Positions 29,371 through 38,010 of a stretch of DNA of 64,000 nucleotides are shown piece by piece. Source of the stretch: an uncultured Gemmatimonadales bacterium (GTDB taxonomy: Bacteria; Gemmatimonadota; Gemmatimonadetes; Longimicrobiales; Longimicrobiaceae); NCBI GenBank assembly GCA_963716255.1, contig OY970303.1, forward strand, positions 5,120,001 to 5,184,000, read 5' to 3'. The translations under genes and the position numbers were made by a program. The number at the start of each line of letters is the position of its first letter. Within the stretch, counting starts at the first letter, position 1. The notes under the pieces are model-generated. The model searched no databases. It was not told the origin of the DNA and worked only from the letters and a program-made list of their open reading frames with translations.

Positions 29371-30663
29371 TCAGTCGGCTTCCGCCGAAAGCGCTTGCAC
29401 CACCTCCTGCGCCAACCTCTCCGCCTGCCGTGCAAGATCGGGGGTTTCGGCATCCGAGGCTGCCGACCCGCCCTGTGCGTCGTGAGCCTTTGCATTCTCC
29501 AATGCTCTTTCGGCGAGGAGGCGGTTTTCCGCCTCGCCGTTCGCCGCAGCCAAGGCCGCCGATCTGTCGGCGGCCTCCATTGCTCGATCCCAGTCACGGG
29601 CGGCGAGATGTGCCCAGGCGAGGATCAAGTACGTCTCGGCGAGCCGGATTCGACCCTGGGCCTGGCGGCAGCAGTCCTCGGTGACCTGTCGAGCGGCCTC
29701 GTAGGTCACCGTGTTACCGGTTTTCGCTGCCGCATACGCAATGGTTGCAGTCATCATCGGCCGGACGGTGGGATCGATGTCCCCGACCATCGCCGCCTCA
29801 AGGACGGGTAGAGCCCGCCTGAACTCCTTTTGATGAACCCAGAACCTTCCCACGTCGAATGCGAGATCCCGAAGGCGAGCCTGGTTCTTTCCATACAACC
29901 CCAGCGCGCTGCGCACGTGCGCGTACGCTTCGCGCAGGCGTCCCAGTTCCGTGGCGACATGGAAAAGATGATGGTGTGAGGCAGCCGCGATCTCCCGCAG
30001 CCGATTCCGCTCCGAATGGCGTAGCGCCCGCACCATCGCGGCGTGGGCAGCAGGATAATTGCCGGACCGGAGGAACATGACACCCAGACCGATGAAGGCC
30101 CAGCCGTACGACGCTGGATCCGGGTGCCGCGACAGCCGCACTACGTGACGGAACCAGCTCTCGGCCCGGGCGGTCTCGCCGAGGTCACGGGCAAGACGAG
30201 CCACGACCAGGGCCGCCTTGGCATCATGCGGCTGGAGGAGGGCACATGCCTGCGCGAAGGCAAGCCGTGTCGCGGGCGTTCCCTGGAGGTCTGCCCAGGA
30301 CTCGATTTCCTGACAGGCACGAAGGAGAGACTGGTTGTCGCCGCCACGCTCCAGTTCACCCGTCATTCCGGCGAGCGTCGACAAGGGTACTCGAACCGGG
30401 CCGTCGATCTCTGCCGCACGCACCAGGTCCAGCCGATGCTCGGCCGCATCGACTCCGAATGCAGCGGCCCGGTCGGCCGGAGCCGTTTCCACCCACAGCA
30501 TCACGTCCCGCAGGGCGCCGGCGAGAAGCACCCCGGCGGGTCCGTCGATCTCGGCGAGGACGTCCAGGCCTTCGAATGCCGCCTGCGGCTGGGTGAGCGG
30601 AGGCGCGGCCAGATGGTTCGGCCTGCTTCGCCGAGGCGGTCGCTCCGGTGGGAAGTCGGTCAT
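29371..30663 (-). CDS. TPR-like helical-repeat protein (paralog 2)
   Basis: FEGLDVLAE...LRDVMLW N-domain; ARAESWFR, AFIGLGVMFLRSGNYPAAH, LILAWAHLAARDWDRA TPR-like units. Confidence 0.85.
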   Translation of the reverse strand: MTDFPPERPPRRSRPNHLAAPPLTQPQAAFEGLDVLAEIDGPAGVLLAGALRDVMLWVETAPADRAAAFGVDAAEHRLDLVRAAEIDGPVRVPLSTLAGMTGELERGGDNQSLLRACQEIESWADLQGTPATRLAFAQACALLQPHDAKAALVVARLARDLGETARAESWFRHVVRLSRHPDPASYGWAFIGLGVMFLRSGNYPAAHAAMVRALRHSERNRLREIAAASHHHLFHVATELGRLREAYAHVRSALGLYGKNQARLRDLAFDVGRFWVHQKEFRRALPVLEAAMVGDIDPTVRPMMTATIAYAAAKTGNTVTYEAARQVTEDCCRQAQGRIRLAETYLILAWAHLAARDWDRAMEAADRSAALAAANGEAENRLLAERALENAKAHDAQGGSAASDAETPDLARQAERLAQEVVQALSAEAD

Positions 30664-30780
30664 GTCGTAGCGTTGAGAGCTGTCCGCCTCATGCAGCGGC
30701 GCATGATCAGGAAAGGTGTACGACAGGCAAAAACAATTTGTCCCAAAGTAGGGGGCAGAGCGAATCGTGGACAGTGTTTG

Positions 30781-30805
30781 AAAATACCGAGTCAAAATCG
30801 ACACA
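30781..30805 (-). promoter_or_regulatory. Conserved upstream motif, copy 2 (TGTGTCGAT-N6-TCGGTATTTT)
   Basis: Minus strand TGTGTCGATTTTGACTCGGTATTTT, about 120 bp upstream of the TPR paralog 2 ATG. Confidence 0.65.
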
Positions 30806-31296
30806 CTTCGAGCAAAAGTCGATCTGGTTTAGCCGGCATGTAGGCCTCTCTGCATTCCGGGCGCATACCTTCGCCACCGTCACACATCTCACCAAAAGAG
30901 TTTCAGCCGCTACTCATCGAGCCGTTCCATGCGGCCGATTCAAATCGGTCCACACGCAGACTAACAGTGTGCTGCGCACAATGGCGTATAGCTTCTCGTA
31001 GGGCCTCTACATCTGGAATTCACGCTGGGCTCATCCCGAGCCCGTTGCCAAGTGCAGATGACTGCCGCCCCGGAGCCGTCCACGAATCCGAAACTTTCCT
31101 GACAAAAGTCTACACTACGTCCACCAACTCCTCCGGGAATCGAGCGCGGGCTCGACGAAACCCTGCGCGAGGTTCGATCAGTGACTGGGCTGGAGTCGCC
31201 ACCGTTACTCCGCGGCGGCGGCGGGAGGTGGCGGACCTCGCCCCGCGCGGGCGTCTTCTGGTCGTGGCCCTTCTTTCCCCAGCGCAAGTGTACGCG

Positions 31297-31327
31297 AAAG
31301 GCCCACGGGTCTCCCCAGGGGCCTTTT
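31297..31327. terminator. Possible intrinsic terminator hairpin
   Basis: AAAGGCCC...GGGCCTTTT imperfect stem downstream of the minus-strand run ending at 31463. Confidence 0.4.
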
Positions 31328-31462
31328 GGTGGTGGTCTGTCGAGTCGGAGCTGCTGAGGAGCTGGAGGGCGGGGAGACAGCCCGTATCGAGCTCGGGATA
31401 GTAGGAGCCGATGGCGCCAACTATGTCCACTTGGGAATCGAGCATGCGCCTGAGCGCTGGAC

Positions 31463-32050
31463 TCAGTCGCTGCGCGGGGCCTCGCGGCCGGCTGACCACA
31501 CTGCGCGCTCACTGCGCAGGCGCTCGCGGCCGGCGAGCCAGGCCGCGCGCACGAGTGCCTCGTGAGCGTCCACTTCCTCGGGGGGCCAGGGCGAGCTGGG
31601 GTACAGACGGTCGAGCCTGGTGAAGTTTCGGGTCACCACGTCCCAGGCAGGGAGCGTCGTGGCAACGGCGCGCTCAGCGTAGGTGATGTAGTCCGGGTCC
31701 TGCTCCAGGCGCCGGCGTGCGGCGAGGCGGGCGAGAACGATGAGGCGCACCTCCTCGTTGGCTGCACCGGTGCGGAACTCGGCGCCGAGCTGTTGCAGCT
31801 CCTGAAGGCGATCGGCGTAACCGGCGCGCTCGGACGCCGGGTCCAGGCTCGGAGCATCCTCCGGGAGTGGGGTCGGCTTGTGGATTCGTGCGCGGATCAG
31901 CTCGTACACCTCGTACGTGGCGCGCATCGCCCCGCGGTGCCGCTCGACGGCGGCCCACTCGGGGAGCGTGGTCGCGAGGTCCGCTTCCTCGTCCGTGAAC
32001 TCGGCTTCCCCTGGAAGCTGCTCGGTACCGGGCAGGGGGATGGTGCTCAA
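31463..32050 (-). CDS. Hypothetical protein
   Basis: TTG start after GAGGA; helical coding-like sequence with repeated ATTLP(E/A)W. Confidence 0.65.
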   Translation of the reverse strand: MSTIPLPGTEQLPGEAEFTDEEADLATTLPEWAAVERHRGAMRATYEVYELIRARIHKPTPLPEDAPSLDPASERAGYADRLQELQQLGAEFRTGAANEEVRLIVLARLAARRRLEQDPDYITYAERAVATTLPAWDVVTRNFTRLDRLYPSSPWPPEEVDAHEALVRAAWLAGRERLRSERAVWSAGREAPRSD

Positions 32051-32251
32051 TCTTCCTCGTCGGTACCTGTGGATGCGGATGCCAGGGCGTTTCGAAGGGT
32101 CGGCGGAACTGGCGGGGCAGGGCCTCGGTCCCGAGCACGCAGCCTTGCCCGTCAAGGTCATACCGGAGAGGGAAAGTAGCCGGCGGCCGCAGCGAAAGGA
32201 ACCCGCGGCGGCGGAGTTACGAACGGCCTGGTCCGGACCAGGATGCCGCGG

Positions 32252-32602
32252 TCACGTGTTCAAGCGGCCGAGGAGCGGCCCGATGGCTTCGGGATCGGTG
32301 GCGAGCTGGCGCAGGGTCTCCGGCGGGAAGTCTCGGAGGAGCGCGGGCTCCGCGTCGATCCACCGGCGGACGACGGGAACGGCCGTGTCGCTTCCGAGCC
32401 GCGCGATCAGGAGCGCGATCACCCGGTAGATGGCATCGTGCTCGGCGGGCTCGTAGGCGTGCTCGACACGGGCGACCACGTCGCCGGGGACGACGATCGC
32501 GTCCACGTCGCCGTCGTCCAGGTCGATCACGACCGGGCGGTCGCTGGGGAGCCCGGCGAGGTAGTCGCTGAACCGCGCAGCAGGAGGGGTCATGGAGTCC
32601 AC
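32252..32602 (-). CDS. Hypothetical protein
   Basis: Coding-like, directly downstream of the BID-repeat gene. Confidence 0.6.
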   Translation of the reverse strand: MDSMTPPAARFSDYLAGLPSDRPVVIDLDDGDVDAIVVPGDVVARVEHAYEPAEHDAIYRVIALLIARLGSDTAVPVVRRWIDAEPALLRDFPPETLRQLATDPEAIGPLLGRLNT

Positions 32603-32629
32603 CGCATCAGGGAGAACAGGGTAGGTAGC

Positions 32630-34642
32630 TCAGAGCCCACCTGGGCCCTCCGCAAGGGTTCGGGTGATCTGGATCGCCTGGACCACGGCTCCGAGCGTCT
32701 GCTGGACACCCGGGCCGGTGGCGCTCGGACGGCCGTTCCTGAGGGAGTCGCGCAGGCGTCCGACGCTCTCTCCGGCCCCGGGCTTCTGGGCGGCGACCTT
32801 GGAAAGGACACCCTCCGCCTGGTCTTCGGGGAGGCGGCCGAGCGTGGACATCGCACGCTCCTTAGCCGCGGCGGGTCCACCGAGCGCGCGGAGCGAGTCC
32901 CGGGTAGCATTCAGCTCGGCGCCGGAGCCTGCGATCTCACGGGTCGCGGCCCCCCGGACCCGGTCGGCGCCGCGGTGCGTCGCCCCCGACGGATCGGTCC
33001 ATGCCGTGTCGCGGACCGCTCTCCGGGAGTTGAGATAGCTGGCCCCATAGCTGGCGGCGTCCGGCGCGGCCCTCCTCGCCCCGGCCGTGCTCTGCAGCCC
33101 GGCCCACCCGAGATACGCGCTGGGGGCCGTCTTCAGCGCGCCCAGGCGCTGGGGGCTCTTGCGGAGGGCCCGGAGGGCGGCGGCGTCCCCGTGGCGATCG
33201 GCGATGGCGACGAACCTCTTCTTCGCGGCCGCCGGGTCCTGGTAGACGTCGCGCAGCGCCGACGTGAACTGACGGTCGTTGATGCCCGTCCACCGTTCGG
33301 TCCGCTCCACGTGGTGGAGAGCCGTGCTCGCGTCGTTGAGCCGGGCGTGGAGGCCCTGCTTGTGACTGGACAGGCGCTCGGCCTCCACGAATTCGGAGGC
33401 GGCGCGGTGCGCGGGCTCGTCCACCGGGAGGTCGGCGGCCGGGGCGGGGCGCTGCTGCCGGGTGGCTTCGGTGGCCAGGTACAGTGCCGCGACCTGGTCG
33501 GCATGCGCCAGGGCCAGGACGTCTCCCGAGAGGCTCGCAGGGTTGAGCGGTTCGCCCTCGCGCGGTCTGAAGAAGGCCTCGGGCTCGTCGCGGACCCGCT
33601 GGACGGTCTCGCGCACGCCATGCTCGCGGATCGCGCGCTGGATCTGCAGGAGCGCTTCGCCCGGGTTCGCACACTGGCGGGCGAAGGCTCGCTCGGTCTC
33701 TTGCAGGAGCACGTCCGCGGCGTGCGCCGGATTGCGGATCCCGTTGAGGTCGTAGGCCCGGGCGCCGCGGCGGGCGGCCTGGTCCGCAAGGGCGGCTGCG
33801 TCGTCGCGCGCGGCGAGGTCGCCGAGGGCGGCCGGCTCCCTGCGGACCACCGCGGCGGCGCCGCCGGTACCCTCGCGGGCGACCAGGTCGTGGAAACGGC
33901 GCTCCGCCTCGGCGGGGTCGCGGTACGCAGCGCCGAGCTTCCCGCGGAAGTCCGCCGTGAACGCCTCCAGCTTCATCTCCAGCTGGGCGGGGAGGCGTCC
34001 GGTGGGGCGGCTGGTGAGCTCGCCGGTGGTGCGCGGCAGCCTGTCCAGCCGGTCGCCCAGGGTCGCGTAGTACGTGCGCTCGAACGCGGCGGAGTGCTCG
34101 GCCGCGGTCGCGGCGTCCCTCCCGCGGGCGGCGATGGCGGAGATGTACGTCTCGATCCCGGGACGGGGCGAGCCGAAGGCATCGGGACGGACCGCGAGCC
34201 GCCGGGCCGCCTCCTCGGGGCCGGCCGTCGCGACCGCGCGCGCCCATGCAGGGTGGAACCGCTCCGGGTTGGCGAACCAGCTCTTCACCGCGGTCTGAAA
34301 GCGCTCGTTGAGCAGCTTCGCCGCCAGGAGGGGGTTGCCGCGGGACGCCTGCATCTCGTGCGCGAGGCCGCCGATGTAGCCGGCCTCGCGAGCGAGGGGG
34401 CGGAGCGTCTCGGGAGTATGGCCCGACCGGAGGGAGCCGAAGCGGGCAGGATCGGAGCCCATCTCCCGTCCGGCGGCCCGGGGGCCCAGCTCGGTGACGC
34501 GGTCGCGGAGGGCGGTGCGGGCCTGGTCCGGGTCGGCGTAGATGCGGTCCAGCAGGCGGACGAAACGCCGGGTCTCCTGACGTACGGCCCGGTCGAGGAG
34601 CGCGTCCAGGGTGGTGTCCTGAGACGTCGAGGGCTCTACCAT
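32630..34642 (-). CDS. Protein composed of about five BID-like (T4SS translocation signal) repeats
   Basis: Units of type F...(I/V)Y.DP..A...(F/L)......G...A...(M/L)..P..(F/L)G.L, e.g. LDRIYADPDQARTAL..ELGPRAAGREMGSDPARFGSLR and LRDVYQDPAAAKKRF..RHGDAAALRALRKSPQRLGALK. Confidence 0.7.
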   Translation of the reverse strand: MVEPSTSQDTTLDALLDRAVRQETRRFVRLLDRIYADPDQARTALRDRVTELGPRAAGREMGSDPARFGSLRSGHTPETLRPLAREAGYIGGLAHEMQASRGNPLLAAKLLNERFQTAVKSWFANPERFHPAWARAVATAGPEEAARRLAVRPDAFGSPRPGIETYISAIAARGRDAATAAEHSAAFERTYYATLGDRLDRLPRTTGELTSRPTGRLPAQLEMKLEAFTADFRGKLGAAYRDPAEAERRFHDLVAREGTGGAAAVVRREPAALGDLAARDDAAALADQAARRGARAYDLNGIRNPAHAADVLLQETERAFARQCANPGEALLQIQRAIREHGVRETVQRVRDEPEAFFRPREGEPLNPASLSGDVLALAHADQVAALYLATEATRQQRPAPAADLPVDEPAHRAASEFVEAERLSSHKQGLHARLNDASTALHHVERTERWTGINDRQFTSALRDVYQDPAAAKKRFVAIADRHGDAAALRALRKSPQRLGALKTAPSAYLGWAGLQSTAGARRAAPDAASYGASYLNSRRAVRDTAWTDPSGATHRGADRVRGAATREIAGSGAELNATRDSLRALGGPAAAKERAMSTLGRLPEDQAEGVLSKVAAQKPGAGESVGRLRDSLRNGRPSATGPGVQQTLGAVVQAIQITRTLAEGPGGL

Positions 34643-34758
34643 GAACGCCCTGAAAGGGTGGGGTGGCCTCCGGTGGCGGCGCGATCCGGGAGACCGCGCC
34701 GCCTGCCGCGTTTTCGGCGGCATACCGGGGGAGATACCCCGTCAGGACGGATTCCGGA

Positions 34759-35415
34759 CTACGCCTCGGCCTCACCCTCCCCGCCGGCGATCATCCTGGC
34801 GATCATGCGAAGCACCTCCGCCTCGGAGTCGCCCTCGAGGCGTGCGACCATGGCCCGGACCATCTGGTCCTCGTTCCGGCAGACGCGGAGGATCCGGTCC
34901 ATGCCGGCGCGCTCCAGGGCGGTCAGCGCCGCGCGGACGAACAGGCTGTCGTTCGTGTCGCCGGGGCGTGCGCCGCGGGCCTCCATCTCCAGCTTGAGCT
35001 CGCGCAGGAAGCGCACGTTGTGGAACCAGACGTAGACCGGGAGGCGCCGTTCGGGCTTCTCGCCGGGTGCAGGGGCATCTCTACGGGGGCGGCCGCGGGT
35101 GATCCTCGGGACCGTGTCGTCGCCGGTGCGGGCGACGCGCCTGCGGCCACCCGGAGCGGGAGCGGGAGGGCCGACGTCCTCGATCACCGCAGGAAGGCCG
35201 GTCCGCCCCTCGGCGGCGTCCGCGGCTACGGCGGTCACCGGACGCTCCCCTGCGTCTTCGGCTACGGGGGGCGGCGCTGCCGCGGCCGGGGGGCCCGCCG
35301 GCGCAGCGGGGGTTCCTCCCGCGGCCGCCCCGCCGAATTGCGGGAGGGGAGCCAGCAGGGTCTTGCGCGGGCGCTGTGCCCCGGTGGGAGCGTCCCCGCC
35401 AGTGGGAGTGTTCAT
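34759..35415 (-). CDS. ParA partner, putative centromere-binding protein (no ParB motif seen)
   Basis: ATGA overlap with parA; long Pro/Ala disordered N-terminus and compact C-domain (RRLPVYVWFHNVRFLRELK...SLFVRAAL). Confidence 0.65.
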   Translation of the reverse strand: MNTPTGGDAPTGAQRPRKTLLAPLPQFGGAAAGGTPAAPAGPPAAAAPPPVAEDAGERPVTAVAADAAEGRTGLPAVIEDVGPPAPAPGGRRRVARTGDDTVPRITRGRPRRDAPAPGEKPERRLPVYVWFHNVRFLRELKLEMEARGARPGDTNDSLFVRAALTALERAGMDRILRVCRNEDQMVRAMVARLEGDSEAEVLRMIARMIAGGEGEAEA

Positions 35416-36296
35416 GCGGTCACCGCGAGCTGAGCAGCGGCGGCATCAGCCGCACCGGCCTGCAGGGTGGACTTGAGTGACGCGGGGAGGAGGCCACGCT
35501 TGATCGCGCGGACCAGGATCTCCTCGCCGAGCGCGACGAACCCCTGCGCTGCCCGGGAGGGCCGGCCGACCTCGGCGGCGTAGTCCACCACGGAAATGCC
35601 CCGGGCCTGCGCCTCCTCCACGTGGGTGTTGGTCCGGATCACCGTGTTGAAGATGGCCGTCCCGTAGAAGTCGCGGATCTCGGCCTCCAGCCGCACCTGG
35701 CGGCCGAGGCGGTAGTCCGCCTTCTGTACCGCGATCCCGAGCATCTGGCAGGTGAAGTTGTGCTCCTCCCACTCCTCCTGGAGCTCCTCGAACATGGTCT
35801 GCACGCCCTCGACGCCCAGGAAGTCGAGGCTGAGCGGGACCACGTAGGCGTCGGCCGCAGCCATCGACATCTCGAACGGGAGGCCCAGGGAGGGGGCGCA
35901 GTCCACGACGATGATGTCGAAGTCCTCGCGGACGCCGTCCAGCGCCTGCTTCAGCCGCTGGCTCGCGCCGGGATCGTGGTGCATGCGCTTCAGGATCTGC
36001 TTCATGGCCCGGCCGCACGTGATGATCGACAGGTCCGGCGCCAGGTACGTGTCGCGGATCACGTCCTCCACGGCGATCGTCCCCTCGAACACCGGAGCCA
36101 GGGAGGGCTCGATCTCGTCGCGCGCGATCCCGAAGGTGCGCGCGAGGCAGCCCTGGGGATCCAGGCCCACGACCAGCGTCTTCAGGTTGCGGTCGGCGAT
36201 GCCGAGGTGTCCCGCGCGGGCGAACACGGCGGCCAGGTTGGAGGCGGCGGTGGTTTTCCCCTCGCCTCCCTTGGCGGTGTGGAGGGTCAGAATCAT
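35412..36296 (-). CDS. parA: ParA/Soj-family partition ATPase
   Basis: KGGEGKTT deviant Walker A, LDPQG, DIIVVDCAPSLG, TVIRTN..VEEAQ. Confidence 0.93.
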   Translation of the reverse strand: MILTLHTAKGGEGKTTAASNLAAVFARAGHLGIADRNLKTLVVGLDPQGCLARTFGIARDEIEPSLAPVFEGTIAVEDVIRDTYLAPDLSIITCGRAMKQILKRMHHDPGASQRLKQALDGVREDFDIIVVDCAPSLGLPFEMSMAAADAYVVPLSLDFLGVEGVQTMFEELQEEWEEHNFTCQMLGIAVQKADYRLGRQVRLEAEIRDFYGTAIFNTVIRTNTHVEEAQARGISVVDYAAEVGRPSRAAQGFVALGEEILVRAIKRGLLPASLKSTLQAGAADAAAAQLAVTA

Positions 36297-36452
36297 AGGT
36301 TGCAGTGGCGTGGATTGTACGGCTTCGAGCGGGTGGGGGTTGGCGTGCAAAATATGGTACCATATTACTTCAGGCACAAGAGCCCCTTGACCCGTAGCGC
36401 TGTTGCGCCGGAGACCTGATGCACCACGTGGGCGGTGTCGCCGGTCCCGGTG

Positions 36453-37259
36453 TCAGGAGCCGGCGTAGCGGCGGTACTTGGCGAGGCGGACCAGGAACGC
36501 CCGCGACGCCGCGGCGAAGGCTCCCTGCTCCCGGAGCGCAGTGGGGCCTGCGCCGGCGAAGGCGTGCATCGCCTTCCAGAAGTTGGTGCCGGTCGAGTAT
36601 CCGAACGCATGCGCGACTCCGACGGCGGTACGGCCGGGGTCGTCCAGCAGCTCGGCGGCGAGGAGGAGCCGCATCCAGGTCAGGAGCTTCCGAGCCGGGG
36701 GGAGACCGCCGGCTTCGCACCAGCGGCGAAGGGTTCGCTCGGAGATGCTGAGGCGCGCGGCCAAGTCCTGCATGGCCCCGCCGGTGGCGACGACGTCCGC
36801 GGCGGTGTCGATGATCGTCCGGGCCCGCGCCGGGAGATCATGGGGAAGGAGGGAGTCGAGGAGGACCTTCAGGGGGAGCCCGTGGGCGCCGCGGAGGCGC
36901 TCGCGGAAGGCGTTCGGGGTGTCGTCGTGGCGGAGAGTGATGATCTCGGTCACGCCCCAGTCGCTGAGGGTGGACAGGTCTTCGGCCGCGCCCAGGTCGA
37001 GTCTGACGGTGGCCACGATGGGCGTGGAGGGGAAGTCCACCAGCAGGTGCAGCAGGTCGGGCGCGAGCTGCGCGCCTGAACCGAAGTAGGGATCCACCAC
37101 CACCAGGGTCGAAGGAGGCGCTTCGCGCAGGGCGGTGCGCAGGGCGGTCCAGTCGGCGACTTCCTGCACGATGTACCCGCCGCGGGTGGCCGCCCGCACG
37201 CGCGCGCGAACCTCCGGGTCCGCGTGCAGGGTGAGCACCGGGCGGGTGGCCTCGCTCAT
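36453..37259 (-). CDS. AraC-family regulator with receiver-like N-domain (paralog 3)
   Basis: ADWTALRTALREAPPSTLVVVDPY...LAPDL..LL.DFPS; LPPARKLLTWMRLLLAAELLDDP. Confidence 0.88.
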   Translation of the reverse strand: MSEATRPVLTLHADPEVRARVRAATRGGYIVQEVADWTALRTALREAPPSTLVVVDPYFGSGAQLAPDLLHLLVDFPSTPIVATVRLDLGAAEDLSTLSDWGVTEIITLRHDDTPNAFRERLRGAHGLPLKVLLDSLLPHDLPARARTIIDTAADVVATGGAMQDLAARLSISERTLRRWCEAGGLPPARKLLTWMRLLLAAELLDDPGRTAVGVAHAFGYSTGTNFWKAMHAFAGAGPTALREQGAFAAASRAFLVRLAKYRRYAGS

Positions 37260-37592
37260 CAGCGAGGCCCGGGTGGGTGTGCGTGAGGGGGGTGCGCTCG
37301 GCGCAGCCGGGCGGGTCGGCCTGGACCGCGTGGCGGCATGCGAGAGGCGCGGAGGCGGCACACCCTCCCGCTGCGGTTCACGCTCGTATGCATGTGGGCT
37401 GCGTCTACCTGGGGGCTACGACGGCGCGCAGTTCCCTCAGGGGGTGCAGCTCCAGCATGGCCGCGCGGCCTCGGGCGCCGAGCAGTTGGGCGCCCGCCGT
37501 GGGCTCCGCCAGGGAAGGAGCGGGGTGCTCAGGCGACACCAGGTCCGGCGCGGCTCGGGTCATGGCGGCGGCGGTGTGGATTCGAGCGCGGC

Positions 37593-37895
37593 TCAGACGG
37601 TGAGAGCCGCACGGGGAGCCGCAGGACGCCGGCTGACAGATCCGTGCCCCCGGGGCCGGTTGTCCCGAAGAGAACGCGTGGGATAGAACTCGCCTTCCTC
37701 GAGGAGCACGTATTCGCTCGTGCTCAGGCCGCAGATCATCTTCAGGGCCTCGTACCGCGTCCGACCGCGGTTCACAGGCGACAGGACTCGTACGATCATC
37801 CCGGTGCCCGCGCCGTGCATGCGCGACGCGTGCCAGGCTATGCAGTCGCCCTTGCCGTATTCCTCTGCGGAGCCGGTGGCGGGGTGGGTGGTCAC
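37593..37895 (-). CDS. Hypothetical protein
   Basis: GTG start; YGKGDCIAW...GTGMIVRVL beta-rich segment. Confidence 0.45.
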   Translation of the reverse strand: MTTHPATGSAEEYGKGDCIAWHASRMHGAGTGMIVRVLSPVNRGRTRYEALKMICGLSTSEYVLLEEGEFYPTRSLRDNRPRGHGSVSRRPAAPRAALTV

Positions 37896-38010
37896 GTGGC
37901 GGGTGCGGGTGGGAGGGGAAGGCGCGGGTGGCGGGCCCTGCCCGCGGCTGGTGGTGAATACCCCACGGTCGAGCGTGACGGTTTCCGGAGGGCCGGGCAC
38001 CGCCGGGCGG

